A program made the translations under genes and the position numbers. Below the pieces are notes generated by a model. The model was not told the origin of the DNA. It saw only the letters and a program-made list of their open reading frames with translations, and did not search any database. A stretch of 64,000 nucleotides of DNA from Octopus bimaculoides (Eukaryota), in assembly GCF_001194135.2 (NCBI RefSeq), contig NC_068995.1, forward strand, positions 19,163,699 to 19,227,698, written 5' to 3'. This document shows, piece after piece, positions 25,365-38,491 of this stretch; the first letter of the stretch is position 1, and each line of letters begins with the position of its first letter.

Positions 25365-26671
25365 TATCAGAGTTATTTATAATTTCCACGATTATGAGAT
25401 TCTTCAGATTCAAAATTACCTCGAAATGATAATTCCTGACGACCTAAAACTTTATTACATTGATCAATCGCTGCAGAATGAATCTGTTTTATCTAACTTC
25501 ATTGTGATGTTGTATGCTCTGTTTTTTACACGCATCTAATTGTAAGTCTATACGAACATTCCCGAATATTTTAAGATCCATCAAGGATGTTATATGCCTT
25601 TGAGAACGTTCATGCTTTAGCATACATATACATATTATTCAAATCATCATAGCCTTAATCATTCCAAACAGTTTCTTTTTTTCTAGTGAAACAACACGTA
25701 TACCCAGCAGAATAACTTATTAAGCGTAGCACTACTAGGTAAACAGTGTCTCGTGAATTTCTCGTGAAATTCTGGTCTGGTAACTTTACTCTTGAAAGTC
25801 AGTCCCGTGGTAGACTTGAGACCAATGTGGATAATGATGAATTGGATACTGTAGTGAGAGCAGATACACCTAATATTACGCGTGAGTTCGCAGCAAGGTT
25901 TCGTGTTTCTAGTCCATCTGAAACAAATCGGCATGGTAAAGAAGCTGGACAAATGGGTACCACACCAAGTGAACGAGCATCAAATGGTACGTCGTCTTGA
26001 AATTGCTGTTCTTTGCTTTCACGGTATAAAAGCGAACCATTTTTGCATCGTATTGGTACGTGTGATGAAAAATGGTTTCTTTTCGACAATAGCAAGCGTT
26101 CTGCACGGTGGGTGGATAGAGACGAGGTGTCAAATCACAATCCAATAAAGAATATTCACCAAAAAAATTATACGGGTGTCTGTTGGGTGGTCAAGAACGG
26201 GTGTCATCCATTACAGTTTTATGAAACCTCATAAGTCAATTACAATGGATGTATACATAACCAACTGGATGAAATGATGAGTGAACTTGCAATTAAAAAA
26301 ACCGAGAGGCTATTTCTCTTGCAAGACAATGCTCGATCACAGGTTGCAAAAAGAACGCTACTCAAGTTACAGGAACTTAACTTGGAAGTACTCTGTTATC
26401 CACCATAGTCACCGGACTTTGTACCAACTGACTATAACGTTTTCCATGCATTAGGCAATGTTTTGCTAGGAAAAATCTTCAATCGGAAGAAGATGCAAAG
26501 CATTGCTCTTGCTCTCCAGAATTCTTCACTGTCGGTAAGCTACCGATAAAATGGCAAAATTGTGTTGATGATCGAGGAGCATACTTCGATTGAACGCGTT
26601 GCTTTTTGTTGAGGTAAAGTAAAATAAACTTTCAGATCAAAATGGGATATTTCGTTTTTAATGCTCTGATA
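25365..26671 (+). mobile_element. Full-length (~1.3 kb) decayed mariner element with TA-flanked TIR ends
   Basis: Ends are tatcagag (25365-25372) and ctctgata (26664-26671). Transposase motifs: SGNFTLESQSRGRL, KKLDKWVPHQV, RIGTCDEKW, FLLQDNARSQ, YPP*SPDFVPTDY. Multiple frameshifts. Confidence 0.9.
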
Positions 26672-27399
26672 TTTACACAGATTTATGCACATATAAATAC
26701 ATGCACGCCCACGCATATATCTACAGCGAACACAACAAAGTATTAAATGTCATCTCTCAGAACTACGAATGGAAAAGGGATTCTTTAACGCTTTTTAATC
26801 TTATATTGCTCTTTCAGTAAAACCGGAATTTAGTTGAATTTGTGAGATGTATTGAAATTGTTATTCTTTTTACTTAAGGATAATAGGTCGCGGCAATATA
26901 TTAAGTAACTGTGACATTCGATCAATGTGGTTACAGTCAGCTTTACCTATCTGTTTGCTTTTAATTGCTCTACTTTCAGAAAAAGAATGCCCGTCCCATG
27001 TCAAATACACTCAAACACTCACCTATTCGCATACACCGAAAGAAATGGATACACACATAATTAAACTTACATACAATAAACATGCACGTTGCTATGTTCT
27101 ATAAAATTATAGATGTCGTATGGATATCATGACGTTGTCAATGATGTATTTTTAAATGTAAATCTCTTACGATTAATGCTAGAAATATCGCGCATGCGTA
27201 TGTCTGCATCCATAGAAGTTGATTATTACGTTGTTTGATCTTGTGCGGTATTTCATATATTTCCTTATTTTACAAAATTTTTGATTTGTACCGACAATGA
27301 CTGTTTAAATGATTCGTCTTTTAAATATTTTGATTCGTTTTCAGTCAAAGTGAATCAATTTATATCCAAAGTGATATAAATATTATCAGACACTCAAAA

Positions 27400-27830
27400 C
27401 TATACATCAACTTCAGCTTGTAATGACTATCAAAGATTTTTTATCGTGTTCCAAATGTTCTTGTCAAGGAGTTTCCCATTGTTTTTCAATCTGTTGGAAT
27501 GATCTGAAGTTTCAGCTCTGCAGAATGTGTAATTCGTCATCTCAGAGAATGCCTAAACGACGGAAACGTCGTAAGACATGTAATGATTTGTGGGAATTTG
27601 AATGGGAGAGAAATAGTGATAGATGTGTTCGCTCCTGCAACTGATGTTTTATTTAGCGAGATCCGCTACCACCTTCTTGTAGACTTTTATCATTTTATTG
27701 ATTCAATCAATGAATAGACTATGAAGATTCTGGAGTTTTCAACAAAATTCAGTTCATTATATCGCACTCAGTACTTATTTGAGACACATTATTTTACCGA
27801 TTCTAACTTTATATGTAAACACGCTCATAT
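27400..27830 (-). pseudogene. Possible pogo/Tigger-type transposase N-terminal HTH remnant
   Basis: The minus frame RITHSAELKLQII...MGNSLTRTFG resembles the pogo R..Y.AEFKL.V...GN.AAAR.FG motif. Very decayed. Confidence 0.35.
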
Positions 27831-28554
27831 GAAGGCACATTATAATTAACACCACTAGATTTTAAACCGTTGTATGTGTTTACATACAAATCGTGATAAA
27901 TATAGTATAAATAAAATATAAAAAATATATATTGTATATATAGCATAAAATCTTTCGTTGTCTGTTTGTACTAACTTATCATATTGCATTGGTGAACTCG
28001 ATGGTATAATTGAAAATATTTGTCTAAGATGTTGCTTCATGGAATGAAGCATAGAACCACTGAAAATGTGTAATTAAGGAGCAGAAAACTAAGCAAATGC
28101 TATGCATATGTATTAGAAGCATAGAAATATAGAGCCGTGGTTCCTTTTACCATTACGTTTGATGGTAAATATAACACTAATGTAATTAAGGAGAAAGCGA
28201 ATTAATATGACACAGAGGTAATATAAGCGAAAGTGAACTATGCATGCAGGTTCCCATTTCAACCTTAATGCATCTTCAGGTGACGCATAATTTTATATGT
28301 CACTTGCGAAAATTATATGAAATACAATTTAGTTTGGCCAAAAACAAATGTGTTGTTTCTAAATATATGGTTGTATGCTGGAGGTGAGGCTTGGAAGAAG
28401 CAACTTGTCTTTAACGTGCCCATCTATTTGAGAATTTCCTGTGGCTTGTTCTGAAACGTCCTCAATGATAGCTCCCACATGTTGTTTAGAATCCTTTTTT
28501 GTTTGTTTTTATAGTGTTCTGTATTGTTATTGCTATATATTCTTACAGTTCTAT

Positions 28555-28726
28555 ATTTAAGAGATGAGGAATTATGTACATTTTTTACATTATTTACAAT
28601 TGACGGATATCTGTTCTCGTCTTGTTTGTTGTTAACACAACGTTTCGGCTGATATACCCTCCAGCCTTCATCAGGTGTCTTCGAGAAATTTCGAAACAGG
28701 GTTCTCATTCTTAAGGTATTTTTATA

Positions 28727-28786
<60 letters not shown>

Positions 28787-28810
28787 CATTATTATTATTA
28801 TTATTATTGT
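28555..28810 (-). mobile_element. Short hammerhead-bearing repeat unit (PLE pseudo-LTR or retrozyme-like) adjoining a (TTA)n tract at 28729-28808
   Basis: Contains the ribozyme above and has no RT ORF nearby. Boundaries are approximate. Confidence 0.5.
28634..28679 (-). ncRNA. Minimal type I hammerhead ribozyme
   Basis: Minus strand reads GACAC-CUGAUGA-A-GGCUG-(GAGGGUAUAU)-CAGCC-GAAAC-GUU-GUGUU. The core boxes are intact, stem II is a perfect 5 bp, stem I is 5 bp (GACAC/GUGUU, one G-U), and stem III is reduced to the palindrome AACGUU. Confidence 0.8.
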
Positions 28811-29679
28811 CGTCACAAAAATGTATTCATGCAAATTCCACCATATATTTTCTTTAATGCGTTGATTTGTATTTAGGTTTTCTACTGGCCTCGATGTTAA
28901 TGTACTTATTAACAAGATTTATTAAGCTAGCTACTTTGTATGACATTGCAAAGTGTCTACTAATCCACTTTCTTAAATTCAAACGTAAGGTCACTTCACT
29001 CATTTTTAAAGTAAACGGTTTCCAGCAGTTTAACGGGACCTATCTTACCGAGCCTGCAAGAATTTTAAACACAGAATGTATGAATTTGTAAACAAACACC
29101 AAATGCTAGTTTTCCTAACGCTGTACACATTGTGTGTCTACGGCCACATTAAATATACTGTTTCTTCATATAAATAGAAGACATCGCATTTGAGGTCGGC
29201 ATATAAAAAACTAGAACTTGACGCCTACTAATTTTATTCACCCACAATCGTGCCGACCTTGCCACAGTTGTGATTGTGACAATACAGCATGCAAACAAAA
29301 CACTGCAAAATATTCCGTTTCTACTTGACTATCGATGTATTTCACTCCTAAATAGCAGTATCAGATAATTGGTCGACAAGGCTGAAGTGATTACATGTAG
29401 TCCAGCTTCATACTTCTCTAACTTGCAACCCTAGTGGTTCTAATCAGTTGAGAATTTACTGTGTCAGTCTCTTAGTTTCTCCCGATGACATTATATTTTA
29501 CTACTCATGGAACTTGTTTTCCATTATTTTTCACTGCCGTTTACCTCGGTCTACAACTTTGAACAGAACTGTATACGTTTTACAATATTTTATGATTTAG
29601 CCTCGCCATATAAAAGCAGCAGTTCGATGATTCTATGATTTGGTGCTCTGCATTTTTTAATATTCATTTATTCTATTAT

Positions 29680-30060
29680 GTGCTTCAGTCATTTGACTAA
29701 GGCCTTGCTGGAGCACTGACTTTAGTCGAACAAATTAACCCCAGGACTTATTCTCTGTAAGCGTAGTACTTGTTCTATCGGTGTATTTAGCTGAACCGCT
29801 AAGTTACGGGGACGTAAACACACCGGCATCGGTTGTCAAGCCATGGTGGAGGGACAAACGCAGACACACAAACACACTCACACAAACGCACAACATACAT
29901 ACGCCGGTTTTCTATGAGTGTCTCCTAAATTCACTCACAACTTATTAGTCTGCTCAAAGCAATAGTAGAAGACACTTGCCGAATTTGCCACGCAATGAGA
30001 CTGAACCCGGGACCATGTGGTTGGTAAAGCAAGCTACTTACCACCCAGCCACTCCTGCAT
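29680..30060 (-). mobile_element. Near-complete SINE family B copy with internal (CA)-rich segment
   Basis: Shows both halves, from the tRNA-like head (reverse complement of ...gggaccatgtggttggtaaagcaagctacttaccacccagccactcctg) to the 3' end cagtcatttgact. Confidence 0.9.
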
Positions 30061-31619
30061 CCCATTATTATATTCTATCTTCTATAACTTTAGCCGCGTA
30101 CTTTCTATCATTTTCTTAGTTTTGGAATAGTAACTTGCTGTTGGTGCTGTCCATTCTGCCCTTTGTTGTGATTTTCATCAGAAATCACTAGCTTAAAAAA
30201 GAAAGAATCTCTGGCCCTAATCCTCTAAGCAGTTCTCTGCCAATTACAGATTGTTAAAACAAAAAAGTTCTTCACTTTCAAATAACTGTTAATGACGTTC
30301 ATTTGATACTTTTCATATTCCACTTGATGCTATTGTTCGTAATTTTATTATTGTTATGTTGATCATGAATGTTTTTTTGTTTTTTTTTTGTGGTAATGTT
30401 TTTAATATTATCGTTGAACGCTGTGTTGTCTTTGTCAATCCTACTGCTTTTTCTATGGCTGTTATTGGAGCTGTCAGAATACCTAAGCACATACAGATTG
30501 TCGTACGTACCTACGTTGCATATAGTGACACTCTTAGAGCGATTCCTCGAATCTTTCAAAGATAAGGAAAATATAAAGATTATGTTTTATCGGGCAGATT
30601 TCAGGAAGGAATAGCAATAATTCTAGAATTAGTAGCCATATAATCTAACAGAGCCATATAATCTAACAGAGGATGTCTATCTATAAGGGATGGATCCCTT
30701 ATAATAAAATCAGTCGCAAAATCTCAACCGAATGCGTACCCTGCACTTTATTTGTGTGTTGGAATATATTATGTAATGCATTCTAACACACAAACCAAAG
30801 AGACAGGACACACTTATTGGGATACTTATGATTGTTGTCTGCTTCATAAAGTTTCACTTGAGCCTAAATAATAACAGTTAACGCAGAGAAGCATGGCAAG
30901 GCGAAAAATTTATTGAAAATGACTGCTTAAACTATGGTAGATATTACAGTGAGGATACTCAGATTTAAGTCTGTTATGAGCTTTAATACTCATAAGGACG
31001 GCGTTATACAGTACATCCATCTCGAACTGTCATTATGTTAATAACTGGTGATATAGAAAGGGCGAAAATATGCTAGAATCTGGATGAAATTAAGAATGTA
31101 AACTGAGAAGTAATGAACGAATACAAATAATGGGTGAGATGAGAAAACTGTTATATTCCAAATGTATTAATATTTATTTTGAAATATTTGACTTGTTTTA
31201 AAAGAAATTATTTCTTGTATCTATATACATTACTTGGTGGTTTAAACCTTAATCAACCTACCAACTTCTGGCAGCAGAATGCTTATGTTACGGTTTGCCA
31301 CTTTAGTGGGAAATGAAATAGTTATTAACTTATTCACAGCAGCAAATCTCATGTAGATAATTCATATGAGATTATAGATGTATTTGTCCTTAAATACGTT
31401 AATGGAGACAAAGATTTCGCTATGACATTATTGACTCGCTGGTTTATACACATTAGCTACCATTATACATTAGTTACTAATTTTAAGACATTATTCCATT
31501 AGTTACTAATTTTAAAACATTATTCATGAGAATCGACCAAAGCAAAGAGAATACCTTATGCATAAATGCTGTGATGAAATTTGTTATTCAAATGAAATTT
31601 ACAATTATATCGAATTTAA

Positions 31620-32100
31620 TTGCTGGCATGACATCAATGCAAATTGTGGATACGGCCAATTAAAGCAATCCCATGATGCGCCACTAGGGATTTAAAGCAA
31701 ATTCGTCGAAATAATTTGGCGTTATACCATTTCTGTGATTGCGATGCCACTGGAGACGTTTAATAGCAATATTCATAAATATATTAATTACACCAAGTAG
31801 AAAATAAGGAGTGATCCTGGTGAGCCAAGTAACCAACCAATTTAAGCTGAGAGGATCACTGCACATATCACTGAGAAAAGGAGTTAAAGTTGTATTACCG
31901 AAACTTGTGATAGGAGTCATTGTGTTTATTTTTAGTTTGATGATTGGAATGAATGTCTCCTGGTGGATGAACTGGCCCCTAATAGTGGTCCTTAATAATG
32001 TAGGAGACGTTGTATAATGCAGCCCTAAAAAGATCTAAACATAGAAGATGGTCAAGGATAAATATATTTATCTCCACTGAAATATCATTTCTCAAAACAG
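31620..32100 (+). pseudogene. Possible piggyBac transposase remnant
   Basis: Broken frames IP*CATRDLKQIRRNNLALYHFCDCDATGDV and SHCVYF*FDDW..LLVDEL resemble the piggyBac LKQY..K....C.CDA.TGY and YFDN.F motifs. Many stops. Confidence 0.35.
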
Positions 32101-32485
32101 AATAAGACTGTGGGATTTAGTTACAAGAAGAGCAGACAGCTTATATCAGGTTTAGAAGAGAGCTGCGACTAAATCTGACTCCATAGACAATCCCAAGTTG
32201 CGGATGAAAGACCGGTCCTTTAAAATATTTGTGGAACCAAAGAAAATGCATTGTGACTCAGTGACAAGAGGGGTGTGGAAATTCCGGGAAATGATCGGTA
32301 AAAGAGGCTAGAAAATGCTAAAATGGTAAAGACCACGTTGAAAAATAAATATATCTGAACTCGCATTTTAATTTAAAGTTCAAGACTATCGCCCATAATT
32401 GAGAGAGAGTTACAACATTAACTAAGAACAGATAGAATTCTGAATGAAGAGTAGCGTACACATACATATATACATACTTGAGTAA

Positions 32486-32527
<42 letters not shown>

Positions 32528-32534
32528 TATTTTA

Positions 32535-32697
32535 GTTGTTCTAGTCATTTGACTGCGGACATGCTGGAGCACCGGCTTTAGACGAACAAATCGACTCCAG
32601 TTCATATTCTTTGTAAGCTTAGTACTTACTCTCTCCGTGTCTTTTGCCGAACCGCTAGGTTACGGGGACGTAAGCACACCAGCATCTGTTGTCAAGT
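32535..32697 (-). mobile_element. SINE family B 3' half
   Basis: agtcatttgactgcggacatgctggagcacc...ggttacggggacgtaagcacaccagcatctgttgtcaag. Confidence 0.85.
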
Positions 32698-33020
32698 GAC
32701 ATGCAACAAAGTACAGGGACAGACGGTTAAACAAATTGAAATATATCTGTCGTCACAATTCTTCTCATATGGTCAGCTGTATGTTGCATTATCTAGAGTT
32801 CGAAAGAATGCTAATGCAAAAATATTGGTTGAGAGAAGTGGAAACAGTGTGGTTACTGACAATTGTGTCTACAAGGAGATACTACTTTAAAGCAAAATAT
32901 GCTTTTTAGCAAGTTTCAGTAAAGAGAATTAACACATAAATTATATGTAAAGTAACATATGTGTGTGGAATTAAACTGTTTTGGCATATTTCAACATATG
33001 CCAAATGAATGATATCATTA
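32696..33020 (+). mobile_element. Helitron RepHel 3' fragment (PIF1-type helicase C-terminus plus 3' region)
   Basis: TCNKVQGQTVKQIEIYLSSQFFSYGQLYVALSRVR...TDNCVYKEIL* matches TINKSQGQT...FSHGQLYVALSRV...T.NVVYKEV. Downstream hairpin tttggcatat-ttcaac-atatgccaaa at ~32980-33005. Confidence 0.9.
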
Positions 33021-33634
33021 TATTAGATCATTTTAAATTTCGGTATCTTTGAAAAAGTAAGGAAGCGCTATTCTCATGTGTTCTCACAGCACCAGACGTG
33101 TGTGTGTGTATCCTTCCCTCCAACCATCCTTCTCTCTCTCCCTCCCTTCTTCTATCTATCTATTTATCTACCTATCTATCTATGCACATGTATTTAAGTT
33201 CTACCAATAATCAATGATAAACATATATAACAGAATGACTCTTTAAAAAGGACAATGATAAAATAATGGAAGAAATATATGCTAATCAAGTCAACACTAT
33301 TATACAAAGAAATAATTAGATGTAAAATATCATAAAAATTATTATAATTGGGAATCAAATGTGGATATATTATCGAGTGGCTAGAAGAAAACCGCCCAGA
33401 AGCCGGTCTTTCTGCTAATTCATCTAATTTCATATTTCATAAGAACTTTATTGTATTTATATGTTAACAGTTCAATAATACATTTTGAATACCGAACTGA
33501 GAGTAAACTGGTAATCGCTTTGGTGTAATACTTTACTTTTTACTAATATATATATATATATATATATATAACATCATATTCTTTTTATGTCTGTCTTCAC
33601 GAAATATTTATATGTGTGAATCTTCATGAGTGTT

Positions 33635-33800
33635 TTCCCCCTCCCATCACTTGACAACCAGTATTGATGTTTTTATGTCCCCGTGACTTAGTGGTTCGGC
33701 ACACGATGAAATAAATACCAGGCTTTAAAAAACAAATAAGTACTGAGATCGAGTCTTTCAACTAAAAATTTCTTCAAGATGGCGCCCCAGCATGGTCGTA
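33635..33800 (+). mobile_element. SINE family B 3' half
   Basis: cacttgacaaccagtattgatgtttttatgtccccgtgacttagtggttcggc...gatggcgccccagcatggtcgtagt. Confidence 0.75.
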
Positions 33801-34435
33801 GTACATGATACTAAATAGCTGCAGATTGGGTTATATAGTAAAATGTGAACATTAGAGAATTCGCCTTAAATTTTGTCGAGTAATAATTCGGTCCGACGTG
33901 TATTATTGTATATACAACACGAAACTACAAAAATTACGAACGGGATCAGTCACAATAATAAACAAGTACACGACAAATTGAAGACAGGTGCATCTGTTAA
34001 AAGTCTACACTATATCATTGGCCAGCCTTAATTTTAAAGAAGCAAACACACATACGCACATGCATTCACACACACATACACACACACTCTCTCTCTCCCT
34101 CACTCACACACGCTCACATAATACATGCGCATACATGCACTCACCAACACACACAGGTGCACATGCATGAACATCGCTTCGTGAAAAGGTCCTAAATGTA
34201 GTAATTCAGTATGTACACAACTGGAAACAAACAGGAGGCAACCCATACGAATGTGGAGCAAAAAAAAAAAAATTGATGAAAAATGTTACAATTATACTTG
34301 TGTATCGATTTTCTGTGTATGTTTATATAAATTATGAGTTTATTTCTAAGATCATGTCTTTCATATACTAATTACTTTACTCTGTACAACAGGAGATAAA
34401 GTGTATTTATGTGTATATGTAGTGTGTTTGTACGC

Positions 34436-34475
<40 letters not shown>

Positions 34476-34645
34476 ATGTGTATTGTTGTTTTTATAGCGT
34501 GTTGTTTTTTATTTAAAAGTAATAAAATTAGACCTTTTTTTCACTATTGTCACACTTTTTTCATCTGTGAAATAATTACTTAATTTTAAAAGGTTTCTCT
34601 TGTTAGGTTTCAGTTTCAGTTTCGTATTGCAGTTATATAAAGACT

Positions 34646-34682
34646 ATCTATGTATCTATCTACCTACCTATCTATCTATCTT

Positions 34683-34755
<73 letters not shown>

Positions 34756-34778
34756 CTATCTATATATATATATATATA
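34646..34778. repeat. (ATCT)n then (TA)n microsatellite
   Basis: Visible directly; runs into an N-gap. Confidence 0.95.
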
Positions 34779-35016
34779 NNNNNNNNNNNNNNNNNNNNNN
34801 NNNNNNNNNNNNNNNNNNNNNNNNNNNNNNNNNNNNNNNNNNNNNNNNNNNNNNNNNNNNNNNNNNNNNNNNNNNNNNNNNNNNNNNNNNNNNNNNNACA
34901 CACACACAAACACTCCTACATATATACACAAACTGAACTTTGCAAAATATATCGCAGTAAGTTTGTGGTTTAGTACATGTACGTGTTATTTCTGAATAAC
35001 TGACTTGTGCATGGTA

Positions 35017-35059
<43 letters not shown>

Positions 35060-35078
35060 AAATGCGTGTGTGCGTAAA

Positions 35079-35113
<35 letters not shown>

Positions 35114-35699
35114 GTGTTTGTGTGTGAGTGAACTTATTCATCAAATTATGTTCGAGACCAATTATGATTGAAAAATCGATAAACATTGGCAAAAGGAAAA
35201 ATTGTGTAAGTCTTTTTCTTATTACATCAAAGAAATTCAGAGGGTTTAGTGTGCATAATTCGCTCAGACCAAACACTGTATACCAACATAAACTCAAATA
35301 TACACACAAACACATTCATACAGCATACACATATAATAATATGTATGTATGTATGTATATACGTAAGTACGTAGGTATTTCACTTACGCATTGTGATATT
35401 ATTAACTTGGTGGTAGAACTCTGTACACATATGCTTCCGAATAAAGTGTTATTCTTGTACAGAGCGTAATATGAAATGAAATAAATGACAAAGGAGCAGA
35501 AATTTATGCAAAGAAATTGATTAGCTTACAGCTGACTCAGGTTTAAGGTGATGCATTCGTACTCAGCTCTGAGTTGACTATATCTTATCAGCAAAATCTG
35601 TACGATAATGTAGCTCATTGCATATCACTCACACAGACAAAACACACACGCACACATTTGTATACGAATATATACGCACGTGTATGCTTATATGTGTAT

Positions 35700-36769
35700 A
35701 TTTATGTATTCTTTTAATCTTTTACTTATTGAGCGGGTTGCGGTGGCAAACTTGTATTATCAGTCGCACTGCTTGCGCTCCATCCATGCATGGTCGAAAA
35801 GATAAAGGCGTCGCGGTTTATGCATTACAAAACCTTTGCAAGTTAGAATCGTACATTGCATGATTTACCGTGAAGTTTTGGTGTCAAAATCTCTATCTGA
35901 AGGTCTCCTGAAGACGATGGTGAATTACATAAAGTCGCATTCCCTATGGTGCAGACATTTTGCATCCTTATGTCAAAACTATGGATTCTAATTTCAAGTG
36001 TTTACTGCTTCATACAGAAGTGCAATGGCTCTCGAAGAGAAAAGTACTCTCTCGATTTATCTCTTTGCGAACTGAAATATGTTTCTTTGATGCTGAAAAT
36101 TCTGGATTTTAATTTCTGAACGATGATAATAGGTGGCTGGAAGTAGCAGTTCTCAACGATTTTTTGAGAAGTTGAACGTTTTAAATTTCAATCTGGAAGG
36201 AGCGGACGAAAATATTACTACAATTACAGGCACATTAAAGTCTTTCATAGAGTAGTTAGATAAGGAAAGTTAAAAACCTGCAACTTGATTGCTTCCCAGA
36301 CGTAGAGGCTTTCCACACATTTTTTTTTTTTTTTTCAGTAGAAACCTCTCTATCATTTTCTAAGTATTTTCCATCATTTGATTATCAAATGTAGGAGTCG
36401 GTCATCAATCTTTTCGCAAGATACAAGAGTACACACCTGCCATTAACATTAACAGAAGAAAATTTAACAGACTTGAAAAACGATCCTGCGCACAAAGCCT
36501 CATTTTCTGTGATAAAATTGTCAGAATTTTAGATTTCGCTTTGGAGCCAAAATCCTCGATTAGCTACTACACCGTTAAATCTCATCGTATCTTTGCGAAT
36601 TAAGTATCTCCGCGCTTACGGAAATGAAGTGAAAAAAGCGGGAACGATTGCAGATGTTAGATGAGCAGTTACGTATTTGTTTAACTAATCTAGAGCCGCG
36701 TTTTGACAATTTTTTTTTCTCAATTAACTGCATCCTTCTCTCTAATGACATTATTATGTATTATATATG

Positions 36770-36812
<43 letters not shown>

Positions 36813-36975
36813 TCATAAAACAATGCTATTTTATTGTTACTATAATAAAAATTATTTTTATTCACACTAATTAAGTATATTCAATTATGTTGGGAATTTT
36901 GTTGGGTGTGTCGCAAAATACATTCTCATCGCCCAGTGTGTCGTAAGGTAAAACAAAAAGTTTTGCATACACCGA
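35700..36975 (+). mobile_element. hAT (Charlie/Buster-type) transposase remnant with probable 3' end
   Basis: Translates to HCMIYREVLVSKSL...VNYIKSHSL...LLLHTEVQWLSKRKVLSRF and ISALTEMK*KKRERLQMLDEQLRICLTNLEPRFD, which are characteristic Buster/ZBED5-like motifs. Frameshifted. Confidence 0.85.
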
Positions 36976-37656
36976 TCTGGAGCAACTGAACAATGATCGG
37001 GATAAAACCTTTTTTTCTAAATGTACTCTCCACTCGCAATTTCAGCTGAATACCTCTGAATCTGCTTTGTTATACCTTGATAAATTGTGTTGTCTCTTTG
37101 AAAGAAAATAGTTGGAAATTATATTAAGATTTGTAGACTTTAAAAGAAAACCGTTCACTCTGTCGATGATGAACATGTTTGAATGCTATTCAAACTAGAT
37201 TAGTTATTATTTTTGAAGAGGGGGTCATAGTGTCAAATAGTGGCGGATTTCGAATATATTTGAAAACGCGGACGAAATCCACTGGAAAATCGCAGTAGTT
37301 AAGTCACTATTAATACACTGAATGTAACAAGAATAAAATATGTAATAAATAATGATTATGTCGGAATGGAACATCGTAATTCAGCAGACATGAATAATTA
37401 AAATTATTTCTACACATAAGCTGAAGAACACCGAAAACGCTTCGACCATATTAAAACTCATCGGGAAGTATCAACCCACTCATATTCTTAGACATTAGCA
37501 GTAATGAAACAATAATCATTGATAGCGTCCACAAATGGGGCTTGAATATTAAGTAATCAGCCTTACAATAGCGTTAGGTTTTAACAATTATTGCAATAAT
37601 TCTCCTTAAAGATGCAAATACTTAAAAAAATAACGTTGTAATATTTATGTTCGAGA

Positions 37657-37860
37657 AGGCGACGATCTGGCAGAATCGCTACCGCAACGGGATAAAAGGC
37701 TTAGTGACATTTCGCCCGTCTTAACGTTTTGAGTTCAAATACTGCCGACGTCGACTTCACCTTTCATCTTTTCGGGGTCGAAATATAAGTACCAATTAAA
37801 GACTGGGGTCAATGTAATTGACTTAGCCACTAACCGAACTTGTTAGTCTAGAACAAGTTG
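37657..37860 (+). mobile_element. SINE family A, near full length, sense orientation
   Basis: Head aggcgacgatctggcagaatcg, B-box-like gagttcaaatactgcc, and body gtcgacttcacctttcatcttttcggggtcg. Confidence 0.85.
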
Positions 37861-38491
37861 TAGAATAATTAACGGGAAGGATGCCAAACTTTGCGAGACA
37901 GCTGCTCAATCCTGAAAGCGTTGTATCCCCCAGTTCGTCAAATGTAATTTGAAAATATGCTTGCCATTGCTTAAAATTTCGGATCTAGTATTAAGTAGTG
38001 TGATAGGTTTCTAACCTCTAAAACGAATGTTCTATCTTTCAGCTAGGCATGAGCTGCAATTATTAGATCCATTTACATATGTCATGGATTTCATGACGAT
38101 TCTCCACTTGATTGTATCTGGTGTGCAGTTGGTCTTCAAGCTCCATAAGTGGGTTGCCAACTCAGAAGCTTTCCTTTGATGATGTTTCGGAAAGAAGATA
38201 GGTGTTTTGCATCCAGTGACTTCAAGATCAGTTTCTCGTGTATCATAACCTCTGTCCTCAATGATTTCAAAAGTAGATGAGACTTTTCATTAATTAATAT
38301 TTTGAACTCTAGTATATTTATTTCATCGGGCAACAAGTGGTAATAAATGCTAAGGCCTCTGAAGAGCTTCAACTCACGACACAGTATAATGAAACTAAAT
38401 ATCAGTTTGTCAACATATTATCTTTTCTACTACACCACTTTTGTCAAAAGGAAGCTAGTAGCCCTTTCTGCAACAAATTCATAGCCTGCAA

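Noticed and set aside
29193-29259. 9-bp inverted repeat aggtcggca/tgccgacct
   Set aside because: Short, with a ~50-nt loop; expected by chance in 64 kb.
30356-30614. Overlapping ORFs with ERCVVFVNP, reminiscent of a GPCR DRY region
   Set aside because: No flanking transmembrane pattern or splice structure; a chance match.
30632-30672. Short exact tandem duplication (agccatataatctaacag twice); similar ones at ~31480-31530 and ~54145-54210
   Set aside because: Ordinary slippage duplications with no further structure.
35905-35945. cctgaagacgat...agtcg resembling a hammerhead 5' half
   Set aside because: There is no GAAA box, and it lies inside hAT transposase coding sequence.
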